Positions 56,017-64,000 of a stretch of DNA of 64,000 nucleotides are shown piece after piece. Under the pieces are notes generated by a model. It had not been told where the DNA came from, searched no databases, and worked only from the letters and a program-made list of their open reading frames with translations. The stretch lies in contig JAJZPE010000002.1 of the NCBI GenBank assembly GCA_021811325.1, forward strand, positions 10,157 through 74,156, in the 5' to 3' direction. This DNA comes from Bacillota bacterium (GTDB lineage Bacteria; Bacillota; Sulfobacillia; JAJYWN01; JAJZPE01). Numbering within the stretch: the first letter of the stretch is position 1; every line of letters starts with the position of its first letter. The translations under genes and the position numbers were made by a program.

Positions 56017-56303
56017 CCCGAAGCCTCCTTCGTTCGTCCGGCGAAGAGCTCGCTGCCGGACCCGTTCTTGGTCACCCGGGTCGCGGGCACCCCCAGTTCC
56101 CGGGCCAGGATCTCGACCACCCGCGGGCCGCAGAAGGCGCCTTGGCAGCGCCCCATCCCGGCCCGAGTCCTTTGCTTGACGCCGTCGACCGTGTAGGCCC
56201 CGGTCAGGGCGCGGGCCGTCATGGCGCCGACGATGCCCGCCCCGATGATGGCTGCGTCGAATGAGCCGCTGGTGGTAAGCCGCGAAGACAGCGAGGGGTT
56301 CAA
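56013..56303 (-). pseudogene. glpA: Probable in-frame deletion remnant of an FAD-dependent glycerol-3-phosphate dehydrogenase (GlpA-like) with BFD [2Fe-2S] domain
   Basis: The 96-aa ORF begins with a dinucleotide-binding fold (FDAAIIGAGIVGAMTARAL). That fold is fused directly to the C-terminal half of a BFD-like domain (VDGVKQRTRAGMGRCQGAFCGPRVVEILAREL). The first Cys pair of the BFD domain and the ~400-aa catalytic body are absent. Its stop overlaps the lipase ATG (ATGA). Confidence 0.4.
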
Positions 56304-56451
56304 CGTCGTCTGCTCCTCCCGTCAACCGGTAGAATACGCCGCAGTCGGGCCGCCTTCCTGCAGTCGCGCCGGCCCGCCACGCACGCATACGGCCCCCACG
56401 GAGCGGGGAAGCTAGCCCGGAAACCCCATAAGAAAGGCGGGATTTGCCAAG

Positions 56452-56841
56452 ATGACCAACCCCGTTGTCAAGTGCTCCGTCGACACCTGCGTCCACTGGC
56501 TGCCCGATGATGCCTGCGGCGCGGCCAACATCGATGTCCTCGACAGCCAGTCCAAGAGCGCCGAGGAGACCAAGTGCAAGACGTTCGAGCTCAGGAGCAG
56601 CGCCGCCAACATGGTCGGGGCGATGGACAACGCCAACTGGGGCGGCATGGTCCGCGAGCCCTTCCGGGAGGGCCGCCAGATCACGCCCTCGGTGACGTGC
56701 ACCGTCAAGGACTGTGCTTACTGGGCTGCGGGCGATCGCTGTGAGGCGGACACCGTCGATATCACCGGGAGTTCCGCCCATACGTGCGAGGACACCGACT
56801 GCTCGACCTTCGAATCGGGAGGACATGGCGGCCGCTCCTGA
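56452..56841 (+). CDS. Cysteine-rich DUF1540 repeat protein
   Basis: There are three repeats of C-x-V/E-x-x-C-x-(Y/H/F)-(W/N)...C-x-A...I-x-(V/I): VKCSVDTCVHWLPDDACGAANIDV; VTCTVKDCAYWAAGDRCEADTVDI; HTCEDTDCSTF. The ATG follows a short intergenic leader. Confidence 0.65.
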   Translation: MTNPVVKCSVDTCVHWLPDDACGAANIDVLDSQSKSAEETKCKTFELRSSAANMVGAMDNANWGGMVREPFREGRQITPSVTCTVKDCAYWAAGDRCEADTVDITGSSAHTCEDTDCSTFESGGHGGRS

Positions 56842-56903
56842 CCCGGGCCCGATGACCGGCTTCCCCAGGACGTCCCCAGATCACCGCTGAAGGAGTTGAT
56901 CCG

Positions 56904-57263
56904 ATGCGCCACCTGACGGCGATGGTCATCAAGTTCCTGATGGTCGGTCTCGTCCTTCTGATCGCCCTGCCCCTCCTGGCCGTGGTCACCGCTACTCAAG
57001 CCATCTTTCTGGCGGTGGCCCTCACGGTCATCGCCTACGTCATCGCCGACCTCGGGGTCCTACCCAACTTCGGCCACTGGACGGCTGTGGTCGTCGACGC
57101 CATCCTGGCCTTCCTGACCATCTGGGCGGCCCAGTTCGTCGTGAGGGCGATGACCATCAGCTTCACGGCGGCAGCCGTCACCGCGGTCATCATCGGGGTC
57201 GGTGAGTACTTCTTCCACTCCTGGCTCCAACGGGCCAACGTCATCCAGACCAAACAGCCGTAA
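56904..57263 (+). CDS. Small integral membrane protein (4 TM; DUF2512/YndM-like, family assignment tentative)
   Basis: The 119-aa product is very hydrophobic (LMVGLVLLIALPLLAVV...AIFLAVALTVIAYVIADLGVL...). The ATG lies 8 nt after GAAGGAG. Confidence 0.5.
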   Translation: MRHLTAMVIKFLMVGLVLLIALPLLAVVTATQAIFLAVALTVIAYVIADLGVLPNFGHWTAVVVDAILAFLTIWAAQFVVRAMTISFTAAAVTAVIIGVGEYFFHSWLQRANVIQTKQP

Positions 57264-57391
57264 CCGGACGCAGCCAGAAGAGCGGCCACGGACCGGGGTT
57301 CAGGCGGCGGGCGAAGCCGCGCCCGGAGGACACAGAAGAGGCGGGTCACGTCGACCCACCTCTTTTCCGTGGCCTCGGCCACAGGTCACCT

Positions 57392-59686
57392 TCACTTTTC
57401 AGTGTTGAACAGCCGTCGCATCTGGTCCGGAGTGATCAGGACCTCCCGCGGCTTGGAACCCTCGAACCGCCCGACGATGCCACGTTGCTCCATCACGTCG
57501 ATGAGCCTGGCCGCGCGGCTGTACCCGACGCGGAACCGTCGCTGGACCATGGAGATGGAGGCGACCCCGCTGTCGACGATGAGCCGGACGGCGTCCTTGA
57601 AGAGGGGGTCGTCTTCGAAGACCGGTTCGGCCTCGGTCTCCGTCGGGATGGCCAGGACCCCTTCCTCGAAGTGCGGTTCGGCCTGGCTCTTGACGAAGGA
57701 GACGAGGGTCTCGACCTCCTTGTCCTCGATCAGCGCCCCCTGGGCCCGAACCGCCCGTCCCTGTCCGACCGGTAGATAAAGCATGTCGCCGCGGCCCAGC
57801 AGCTTCTCCGCGCCGGCCTCGTCGAGGATGGTCCTCGAGTCGACCTGCGAGGAAACGGCGAAGGCGATCCGCGACGGGATGTTCGCCTTGATCACGCCGG
57901 TGATGACGTCAACCGACGGCCGCTGGGTGGCGACGATCAGGTGAATGCCGGCGGCCCGGGCCATCTGGGCGAGGCGGAAGATGGACTCCTCGACCTCCGC
58001 CGGGGCCACGACCATCAGGTCGGACAGCTCATCGATGATCACCACGATGTACGGCAAGGGCGGTTGGCCCGGGTCCCCGTGGTCCTCCGCCAGCCTGTTG
58101 TAGCGGTTGATGTCTCGGACACTGCTCCCGGCGGCGGCGAACAGCTCGTACCGCCGCTCCATCTCCCGGACCACCCAGCGCAGCGCAGAGGCGGCCTTCT
58201 TGGGGTCGGTCACGACCGGGGCCAGGAGGTGCGGGATGCCCGAGAAGATCGACAGCTCGACCACTTTCGGGTCGATCATCAGGAACTTGACCTCATCCGG
58301 GCGGGCCTTGAAGAGCAGGCTGGCGATGATGGTGTTGATGCAGACGCTCTTGCCCGAACCGGTCGTCCCGGCGATGAGCAGGTGGACCATGCGTTCCAGG
58401 TTCCCGATGATGGGGCGCCCGGCGATGTCCTTGCCCAGGGCGATGGTCAGCTTCGAGGGGGAGTTGCGGAACTCGTCCGTCTCCAGGGCCTCGCGCAGGA
58501 AGACCTTGGCCACCTCGCGGTTGGGGACCTCGATGCCGACGGCCGCCTTGCCCGGGATGGGGGCCTGGATCCGCACGTAGTGAGCGGCCAGGGCGAGGGC
58601 CAAGTCATCCTCGAGGCTGGCGATCTGCCTGACCTTGACCCCCGGCGCCGGCTGGAGTTCGAAGCGGGTGATGGCCGGGCCCCGGCTGGTGGCGACGACC
58701 TTGGCCTTGACCCCGAAGCTCTCCAGGGTCTCCTCGATGACCCTGGCCTTGTCGGTCTGCTCGCGCTGGTTCAGGCGGATCCGGTGGGAGCCGCGGTCGA
58801 GGATGGACAACGCTGGGAGCTGATAGTTCAGGGGCAGCGGGATCTCCATCTGCTCGAAAGGCCCTTCGAGCAACTCCTCGGGCGCGGGGGACATCTTCAG
58901 CGAGACGCCCTCCGGGCGCGGTCGCGGTGGCGGGGCGACGAACGGGGCCGGTTTGAACCCGGCGGCCGCCTCGTCTGGGTCGTCCTTTTCGGGTTGGGCC
59001 GGCGTCTCCTCGGTGGGATCGACCTCGGCGGGGACGGCCGCCGCTAGGCCGGCGGGCCCCCGCTGGGCTCGTGGGGACCGGCGTCGCCCGACCTCCAGCC
59101 GCTCCTCTTCCTCGCCCGCCAGGAAGAGGAACTCGCGGACCTCTTCGACCAAACCACGGCCGAAGTCCACCGCCCACAGCTTGCCTCGAGCCAGCCCCCG
59201 GGCCAGCGAAGAGCCGGCGATGAGGATGAGCCCGAGGAGCCCCAGGGTGACCAGGAGGAGAACCCGCCCGACGGACCCGAAGCCCTTGACCAGGAGCAGG
59301 CTCAGGGAACCGCCGATGACTCCGCCGCCGAAGCCCCGGACGCCGTAGATGATCTCGCTCCCGGCCGGGTACCTCAGGTGCAGCCCGGCGAGGACGGCCA
59401 GGGCCAGGAAGATCGCCCCGATCCCCTGACGGCTGAAGAGGGTGTTGGCCTTCACGGCGAACAGGCTCACCCCGTAGACGCAGACGAGGAGCGGGAACAA
59501 ATAGGCCCCGTCGCCAAAGACGGTGTCCAGGGCCTTGGCGATGAGCCCGTTGACCGCCCCCGACGAGGGGCTGGCGAGAGCGAACAGAGAAAGAAGCCCC
59601 AGGGCGATCAGGGCCACCCCGAGAACCTCGTACCGGAGAGGGTGGGTGGAGCGGGATCCTGCCGCGGACGGCGTCGGCTCGGGCAT
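57392..59686 (-). CDS. ftsK: DNA translocase FtsK/SpoIIIE
   Basis: It has N-terminal TM helices and a Pro/Ala-rich linker. The motor domain has Walker [18 protein letters not shown] and an [11 protein letters not shown] Walker B. A C-terminal gamma (winged helix) domain is present. Confidence 0.93.
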   Translation of the reverse strand: MPEPTPSAAGSRSTHPLRYEVLGVALIALGLLSLFALASPSSGAVNGLIAKALDTVFGDGAYLFPLLVCVYGVSLFAVKANTLFSRQGIGAIFLALAVLAGLHLRYPAGSEIIYGVRGFGGGVIGGSLSLLLVKGFGSVGRVLLLVTLGLLGLILIAGSSLARGLARGKLWAVDFGRGLVEEVREFLFLAGEEEERLEVGRRRSPRAQRGPAGLAAAVPAEVDPTEETPAQPEKDDPDEAAAGFKPAPFVAPPPRPRPEGVSLKMSPAPEELLEGPFEQMEIPLPLNYQLPALSILDRGSHRIRLNQREQTDKARVIEETLESFGVKAKVVATSRGPAITRFELQPAPGVKVRQIASLEDDLALALAAHYVRIQAPIPGKAAVGIEVPNREVAKVFLREALETDEFRNSPSKLTIALGKDIAGRPIIGNLERMVHLLIAGTTGSGKSVCINTIIASLLFKARPDEVKFLMIDPKVVELSIFSGIPHLLAPVVTDPKKAASALRWVVREMERRYELFAAAGSSVRDINRYNRLAEDHGDPGQPPLPYIVVIIDELSDLMVVAPAEVEESIFRLAQMARAAGIHLIVATQRPSVDVITGVIKANIPSRIAFAVSSQVDSRTILDEAGAEKLLGRGDMLYLPVGQGRAVRAQGALIEDKEVETLVSFVKSQAEPHFEEGVLAIPTETEAEPVFEDDPLFKDAVRLIVDSGVASISMVQRRFRVGYSRAARLIDVMEQRGIVGRFEGSKPREVLITPDQMRRLFNTEK

Positions 59687-59789
59687 CGGGAAGGCTCACC
59701 TCGGTGCAGACAATTCTGCGCCGAGAGCCTGATTCCCTTTCGCCGGGGGCGGGCCAAGGCCGGCCGCTGGAACCCACGCTACGCCGAGT

Positions 59790-60584
59790 TCAGCGGGCGA
59801 GCCCGTGCCACGCGACCACGGCCAGGCCGACGGCCCAGCAGTAGTAGGCGAAGAGGTCAAGGCGACCGCGCCGGACGACGGCGATCAGCCATTTGATGGC
59901 GATGTAACCGAAGACGAAGGACAGCCCCGTCCCCAGCACGAGGTTGCGGTAATCGAGGACCTCGCCGGCCCGCAGGGCCTCTCGCAAGTTCAGTAGTCCG
60001 GCCCCGAGGACGGCCGGCACCGACAGCAGGAAGGAGAAGTCCGCCGCCACCTTCGGTTTGAGCCCGCGCCAGAGGCCGGCGGCGATGGTTGAGCCGGAGC
60101 GGGAGATGCCCGGAAGGATGGCCACCGCCTGGAAGACGCCGACCCAGAGGGCGTCGCCGGCGGTCATCGCCTCTTCCCCGCGGCGCCCCCGCGGCAACCG
60201 ACCCGACCAGTAGAGGATGCTCCCGGTGACCAGGAGCATGACCCCGGACACGAGGACCGACGAGAAAGCCTTTTCGAACACCGGCTTGAGGGCGATGCCC
60301 AGGACGGCGGCCGGGACCGTCCCGAGGACGACGAACCAGCCGAGCCGCCCCCCTGGGCGGCCGGTGAACATCCCGGCGACCATCCGGACCAGTTCGCGGA
60401 AATAGACCACAAGGACCGCCAGGAGCGTCCCCAGGTGCAGGAAGATAGCCAGGCTCATGGTCGGTTGCCTGACCCCGAGCAGGTTATCCAGGATGACCAG
60501 GTGGGCTGAGCTGGAGACCGGAAGGAACTCGGTCAGGCCCTGGACCACCCCGAGGACGGCGACACCCCAATCAGCCACGAACAT
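59790..60584 (-). CDS. uppP: Undecaprenyl-diphosphatase UppP (BacA)
   Basis: VVQGLTEFLPVSSSAHLVIL and the GISRSGSTIAAGL motif are diagnostic of UppP. The product has 8 TM helices. Confidence 0.92.
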   Translation of the reverse strand: MFVADWGVAVLGVVQGLTEFLPVSSSAHLVILDNLLGVRQPTMSLAIFLHLGTLLAVLVVYFRELVRMVAGMFTGRPGGRLGWFVVLGTVPAAVLGIALKPVFEKAFSSVLVSGVMLLVTGSILYWSGRLPRGRRGEEAMTAGDALWVGVFQAVAILPGISRSGSTIAAGLWRGLKPKVAADFSFLLSVPAVLGAGLLNLREALRAGEVLDYRNLVLGTGLSFVFGYIAIKWLIAVVRRGRLDLFAYYCWAVGLAVVAWHGLAR

Positions 60585-60597
60585 ACCCCCCGCGCCC

Positions 60598-60810
60598 TCA
60601 GGGCAGCCGGACCGCCGACCCCGGCATCCACTCGGGCTTCAGGTAATCATACGGGTTCCCACTGATCAGCCGGACCATCCGCCCGTACCCGGCCCCCGTG
60701 TCCTCCACGAGGAGCAGGGCGTCGCCCCTTCTTACCTCGACCGTCCGCGGGGTCTGGAGGCCGAAACCGTCCAGGACCTCCTCTGGCGACAACGGCGTGT
60801 AAAGGATCAT
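60598..60810 (-). CDS. ylzJ: YlzJ-like small protein
   Basis: The 70-aa [19 protein letters not shown]... overlaps the tepA stop. Its position between tepA and ftsK/spoIIIE matches B. subtilis ylzJ. The sequence family was recognised only weakly. Confidence 0.55.
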   Translation of the reverse strand: MILYTPLSPEEVLDGFGLQTPRTVEVRRGDALLLVEDTGAGYGRMVRLISGNPYDYLKPEWMPGSAVRLP

Positions 60811-61703
60811 CTTGAACCGCCTCCCGGTTTGGCGGGGGCTTCAGGCCTACCCGTCCCGGGCCCCCGGGGCCCCGGAACGGTCCGTCCACGGGCCGGCGTC
60901 CCGCCCTTCGGCCGCGGCCGCGTGGCGCGGCGGTGCCTGATCAGCTCCTGGATCTTGGCCACGGCTTCGGCGACGCCGCCCGCGTCGTCCATCAGTCCCA
61001 CCTTGACGGCGTCCTTCCCGACCAGCACGGTGCCGATGTCCCGGGCCAGTTCACCGGTCCGGAACATGAGCTCCCGGTATTTCGCCTCGCTGATCCGGGA
61101 ATTGGCCACAACGAATTTTACCACCCGGTCCTGCATCTTGTCGAGGTACTCGTAAGTCTGGGGAACCCCGATGACCAGCCCGGACAGGCGGATCGGGTGG
61201 ATCGTCATCGTTGCCGTGTGGGCGATGAACGAATGGTCCGCGGCCACGGCGATGGGCACGCCGATGCTGTGGCCGCCGCCCAGGACCAGTGACACCGTGG
61301 GTTTCGAGAGCGAGGCCATCATCTCGGCCAGGGCCAGCCCGGCCTCGACGTCGCCCCCGACCGTATTGAGGATGGTCAGGATGCCCTCGATCTCCGGGTT
61401 CAACTCGGCCGCCACTAGTTGCGGAATGATATGCTCGTAGCGGGTCGTCTTATTCTGTGGCGGCAGCGTCAGATGGCCCTCGATCTGGCCGATGATCGTC
61501 AGAACGTGGATGTTCGATTTGTTGACCGGGGCTTCGGTCGTCCCCAGCGCTTCGATGCTCTCAACCGTAGCCGAGGTGCGTGGCTTGTGCCGGCCGGGCT
61601 TTTCCCCGTCGCCGCGCGACCGGCGTCCTGCCGGTGGCCGGCCCGGAGGCTTGCCCGGGACATGCGGTTCAATGGTCGGTCCTGGCTGCTCCAACCGGAT
61701 CAT
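60807..61703 (-). CDS. tepA: ClpP-family serine peptidase TepA (translocation-enhancing protein)
   Basis: [13 protein letters not shown]...[63 protein letters not shown] is the S14/ClpP fold, as in TepA. The start was chosen at the internal ATG (MIRLEQ...), which gives an N-terminal Pro/Arg-rich extension. Confidence 0.8.
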   Translation of the reverse strand: MIRLEQPGPTIEPHVPGKPPGRPPAGRRSRGDGEKPGRHKPRTSATVESIEALGTTEAPVNKSNIHVLTIIGQIEGHLTLPPQNKTTRYEHIIPQLVAAELNPEIEGILTILNTVGGDVEAGLALAEMMASLSKPTVSLVLGGGHSIGVPIAVAADHSFIAHTATMTIHPIRLSGLVIGVPQTYEYLDKMQDRVVKFVVANSRISEAKYRELMFRTGELARDIGTVLVGKDAVKVGLMDDAGGVAEAVAKIQELIRHRRATRPRPKGGTPARGRTVPGPRGPGTGRPEAPAKPGGGSR

Positions 61704-61848
61704 CCTTTCTTCTGCTTCAACCTCTAGTATGGGGAAGGGTGAGGGAATTATGAGCAGCCCCTTTCCTGGGCCGTCGGCGCCCGTCGGAGACCGCCGACAT
61801 CGCCAGATAACGAAGACCGCCGGCCACACGGCCAGCGGTCGCTTGCGT

Positions 61849-63525
61849 TCAGACATCCATGACGATGGGAAGGATCATCGGGCGCCTCCGGGTCCGCTCG
61901 TAGAGGAGCTTCCCCAGGGCCTCGCGGACGGTGCCCTTGATCACCGACCACTCGGGGAGCGGCCCGCCGTCCGGGTTGGTCAGGACCTGCCGGACTTTCG
62001 CCTTGGCCTCCTCGAGAAGCGCTTCCGACTCGCGGACGTACACGAACCCGCGGGTGACGATGTCGGGGCCGGCGACCAGCAGGTTGTTCTGCCGGTCGAT
62101 GGTCAGGACGACGATGAGGATGCCATCTTGGGCCAGTTGCTTGCGGTCGCGCAGGACGATGTGGCCGACGTCGCCCACGCCGAGCCCGTCGACGAGGACC
62201 TGGCCGGCGGTGACCTTCCCAGCCACCCGCCCCCGCTCGCCGGAGAACTCGAAGACCGTCCCGTTCTCGGCGACAAAGACGTGGTCGGCCGGGATGCCGA
62301 CCTCGCGGGCCAGTTCGGCATGGCGGACCAGGTGCCGGTACTCGCCGTGGACGGGGATGAAGAACTTCGGCCGGACCAGGTTGAGCATCAGTTTCAGCTC
62401 TTCCCGGCTGGCGTGGCCGGAGACGTGGACCCCCGAGCCCGCCCCGTAGACGACATCCGCGCCTCGTCGCATGAGGTGGTCGACCGTCCGGCCGACCATC
62501 TTTTCGTTCCCCGGGATGGGGGTCGCGGCGATGACCACCGTGTCCCCGGGTTTGATCTCCACCTTGCGGTGGTCGTCGGTGGCGATGCGGGTCAGGGCCG
62601 AGAGCGGCTCGCCCTGGCTCCCGGTGGTCAGAATGACCACCCCCTCGGGCGGAAGCCGGTTGGCCTCCTCCACCGTCACCAGGAGACCCGGAGCGATATC
62701 CAGGTAGCCGAGTTCACTGGCGACGTCGATGACGTTCTCGATGCTCCGCCCGGTGACCGCGACCTTCCGGCCTTCCCTGGCGGCGGAGTAGATGACCTGC
62801 TGGATGCGATGGATGTTAGAGGCGAAGGAAGCCACGAGAACGCGTTGCCTGGCCACCCGGAAGATGTCGTCCAGGACCTTGCCGACGCCCCGTTCCGAGG
62901 GTGTGTAGCCCGGGCGTTCGGCGTTGGTGCTGTCGGACATCAGGACCAGGACCCCTTGGTCACCCAGTTCGGCCAGCTTGTGCAGGTCGGCCGGGCGCCC
63001 GTCCACGGGGGTCTGGTCGAACTTGAAGTCCCCGGTGTGGACGACCACCCCGGCCGGTGTGTGCAGGGCCAGCCCGACCGCGTCGGGGATGCTGTGATTG
63101 ACCAGGAAGAAATCGACCCGGATGGAGCCCACCCAGACGGTATCGCCCGGTTTCACGAAGCGCGAAGCCGGATGCAGCTTGAGACCGTGCTCCTCGAGTT
63201 TCCCGCCGACCAGGCCCATGGTCAGTTTCGTCCCGTAGACCGGCACCTGGAGCCGTGACAGCAGATATGGCAGGGCTCCGACGTGGTCCTCGTGGCCGTG
63301 GGTGAGGACGATCCCCTTGACCCGACTGGCGTTCTCCACGAGATACGTGAGGTCGGGGATGACAATGTCGATGCCCAGCATCTCCTCCTCGGGGAAGGTC
63401 AGGCCGGCATCGATGACGACGATCTCGTCCTCGCACTCGACGACCAGGAGGTTCTTGCCGATCTCGCCGAGCCCGCCGAGGGGGATCAGGTTGAGCTTCG
63501 CTGGTCGCGGTGTCTTGTCACGCAG
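61849..63525 (-). CDS. rnj: Ribonuclease J
   Basis: [36 protein letters not shown]...[17 protein letters not shown] are metallo-beta-lactamase/beta-CASP RNase J motifs. The track ORF (to 63747) reads through an upstream terminator hairpin, so the true start must lie after AAGGAGG at ~63537-63543. No in-frame ATG/GTG/TTG is found there, and CTG (LRDKTPRP...) is the nearest candidate. The start is uncertain. Confidence 0.88.
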   Translation of the reverse strand: MRDKTPRPAKLNLIPLGGLGEIGKNLLVVECEDEIVVIDAGLTFPEEEMLGIDIVIPDLTYLVENASRVKGIVLTHGHEDHVGALPYLLSRLQVPVYGTKLTMGLVGGKLEEHGLKLHPASRFVKPGDTVWVGSIRVDFFLVNHSIPDAVGLALHTPAGVVVHTGDFKFDQTPVDGRPADLHKLAELGDQGVLVLMSDSTNAERPGYTPSERGVGKVLDDIFRVARQRVLVASFASNIHRIQQVIYSAAREGRKVAVTGRSIENVIDVASELGYLDIAPGLLVTVEEANRLPPEGVVILTTGSQGEPLSALTRIATDDHRKVEIKPGDTVVIAATPIPGNEKMVGRTVDHLMRRGADVVYGAGSGVHVSGHASREELKLMLNLVRPKFFIPVHGEYRHLVRHAELAREVGIPADHVFVAENGTVFEFSGERGRVAGKVTAGQVLVDGLGVGDVGHIVLRDRKQLAQDGILIVVLTIDRQNNLLVAGPDIVTRGFVYVRESEALLEEAKAKVRQVLTNPDGGPLPEWSVIKGTVREALGKLLYERTRRRPMILPIVMDV

Positions 63526-63554
63526 AGAGATGTCACCTCCTTGAAAGGAAGAAT

Positions 63555-63579
63555 CAAAAAAACTGCCCTCCGGGGGCAG
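63555..63579 (-). terminator. Rho-independent terminator between dapA and rnj
   Basis: On the minus strand: CTGCCC-ccgga-GGGCAG hairpin followed by TTTTTTTG (plus-strand A-run 63555-63562). Confidence 0.55.
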
Positions 63580-63796
63580 ACGGTGCCTCCACAAGACGTA
63601 ACCTTGCGCTCCGGGGTTGGCCGGGGCTAGTCCGATACTCAATATATTATACCGGATTCCGCGGGCCGACTCAAGGGCTGCCGACCTGCGGGCGCGAAAA
63701 GGCCGGGCCGCGGCGACCCCGCGGTCCGGCCGACTGACTCGGCCCATGTCGTCACCACACCGGCCACGCGCGGCCGGCGCCGCCGAGCCGCCAGCC

Positions 63797-64000
63797 TCAG
63801 CCGGCGACGGGCAATCCCAGGTCGACCATGGCCTTGCGGAGCGCCTCGACTTCCCTGGGGGCCGCGTCGACCAAGGGCAACCGGCAACCGCCCGCGTCGA
63901 AACCCGACAGGCGGAGGGCCGCCTTGACCGGGATCGGGTTGGTCGTCACGAAACAGGCCTTGAAGAACGGCAACAGGTTCAAGTGCAGGTCCCTGGACTC
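63797..64000 (-). CDS. dapA: 4-hydroxy-tetrahydrodipicolinate synthase DapA (3' end only; gene continues beyond the window)
   Basis: The C-terminal peptide ...[49 protein letters not shown] matches the DapA C-terminus. The dapA-rnj adjacency matches B. subtilis dapA-rnjB. Confidence 0.8.
   Translation of the reverse strand, partial: ESRDLHLNLLPFFKACFVTTNPIPVKAALRLSGFDAGGCRLPLVDAAPREVEALRKAMVDLGLPVAG

Noticed and set aside
56017-56826. Upper part of the 562-aa minus-strand ORF 55138..56826
   Set aside because: Lipase homology, and an AAGGAGG-ATG, start at residue 271. The region upstream is better explained by the separate 96-aa glpA-relic frame and by intergenic sequence.
59790-60584. Alternative-frame ORFs inside uppP (e.g. 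60164..60412 minus strand, 60217..60405 plus strand)
   Set aside because: They lie within a gene that has full-length UppP homology.
1-64000. CRISPR arrays, tRNA/rRNA genes, transposases or integrases
   Set aside because: No direct-repeat/spacer periodicity was seen. No tRNA-like T-arm motifs (GGTTCGAAT/GTTCGATTC) or IS/integrase-like ORFs were seen either.

Overview
The window is 64 kb of very high-GC (~70%) bacterial chromosome. It is densely coding and the genes run overwhelmingly on the minus strand. Gene content is Firmicutes-like and dominated by housekeeping and endospore genes. Several blocks are syntenic with Bacillus subtilis (miaB-mutS-mutL; recA-recX ... rny-ymdB-spoVS; dapA-rnj-tepA-ylzJ-ftsK/spoIIIE), but rearranged and with insertions. 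No tRNA, rRNA, CRISPR array or obvious mobile element was seen. 

Other recognisable content:
- pxpABC (kipI/kipA) 5-oxoprolinase operon.
- A five-gene peptidase cluster (M19 dipeptidase, PepA, PHP, TldD, PmbA).
- ThpR, CinA and RimO.
- A short-N-terminus FtsH-like protease.
- BshA/BshB1, the MrfAB (YprAB) helicase/exonuclease pair, and PdaB.
- AsnS.
- A UPF0182 giant membrane protein co-oriented with a SpoIID-like gene and a PQQ-propeller protein.
- GlpK, a lipase, and an apparent glpA deletion remnant.
- DUF1540 and DUF2512-like genes.
- UppP.

The main things to follow up are:
- a 905-aa Ala-rich cytoplasmic protein with two degenerate histidine-kinase-like ATPase domains, immediately downstream of a D,D-carboxypeptidase;
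- an unusually long SASP with an internal helix duplication, behind a forespore-type promoter;
- two gene relics (an acyl-CoA dehydrogenase fragment and an in-frame-deleted glpA/BFD gene);
- two essential RNases (RNase Y and RNase J) whose N-termini cannot be reached from a canonical start codon;
- uncharacterised small genes with their own terminators.

Coordinates follow the supplied ORF track. Starts were refined by residue offsets and are good to about +/-3 nt.
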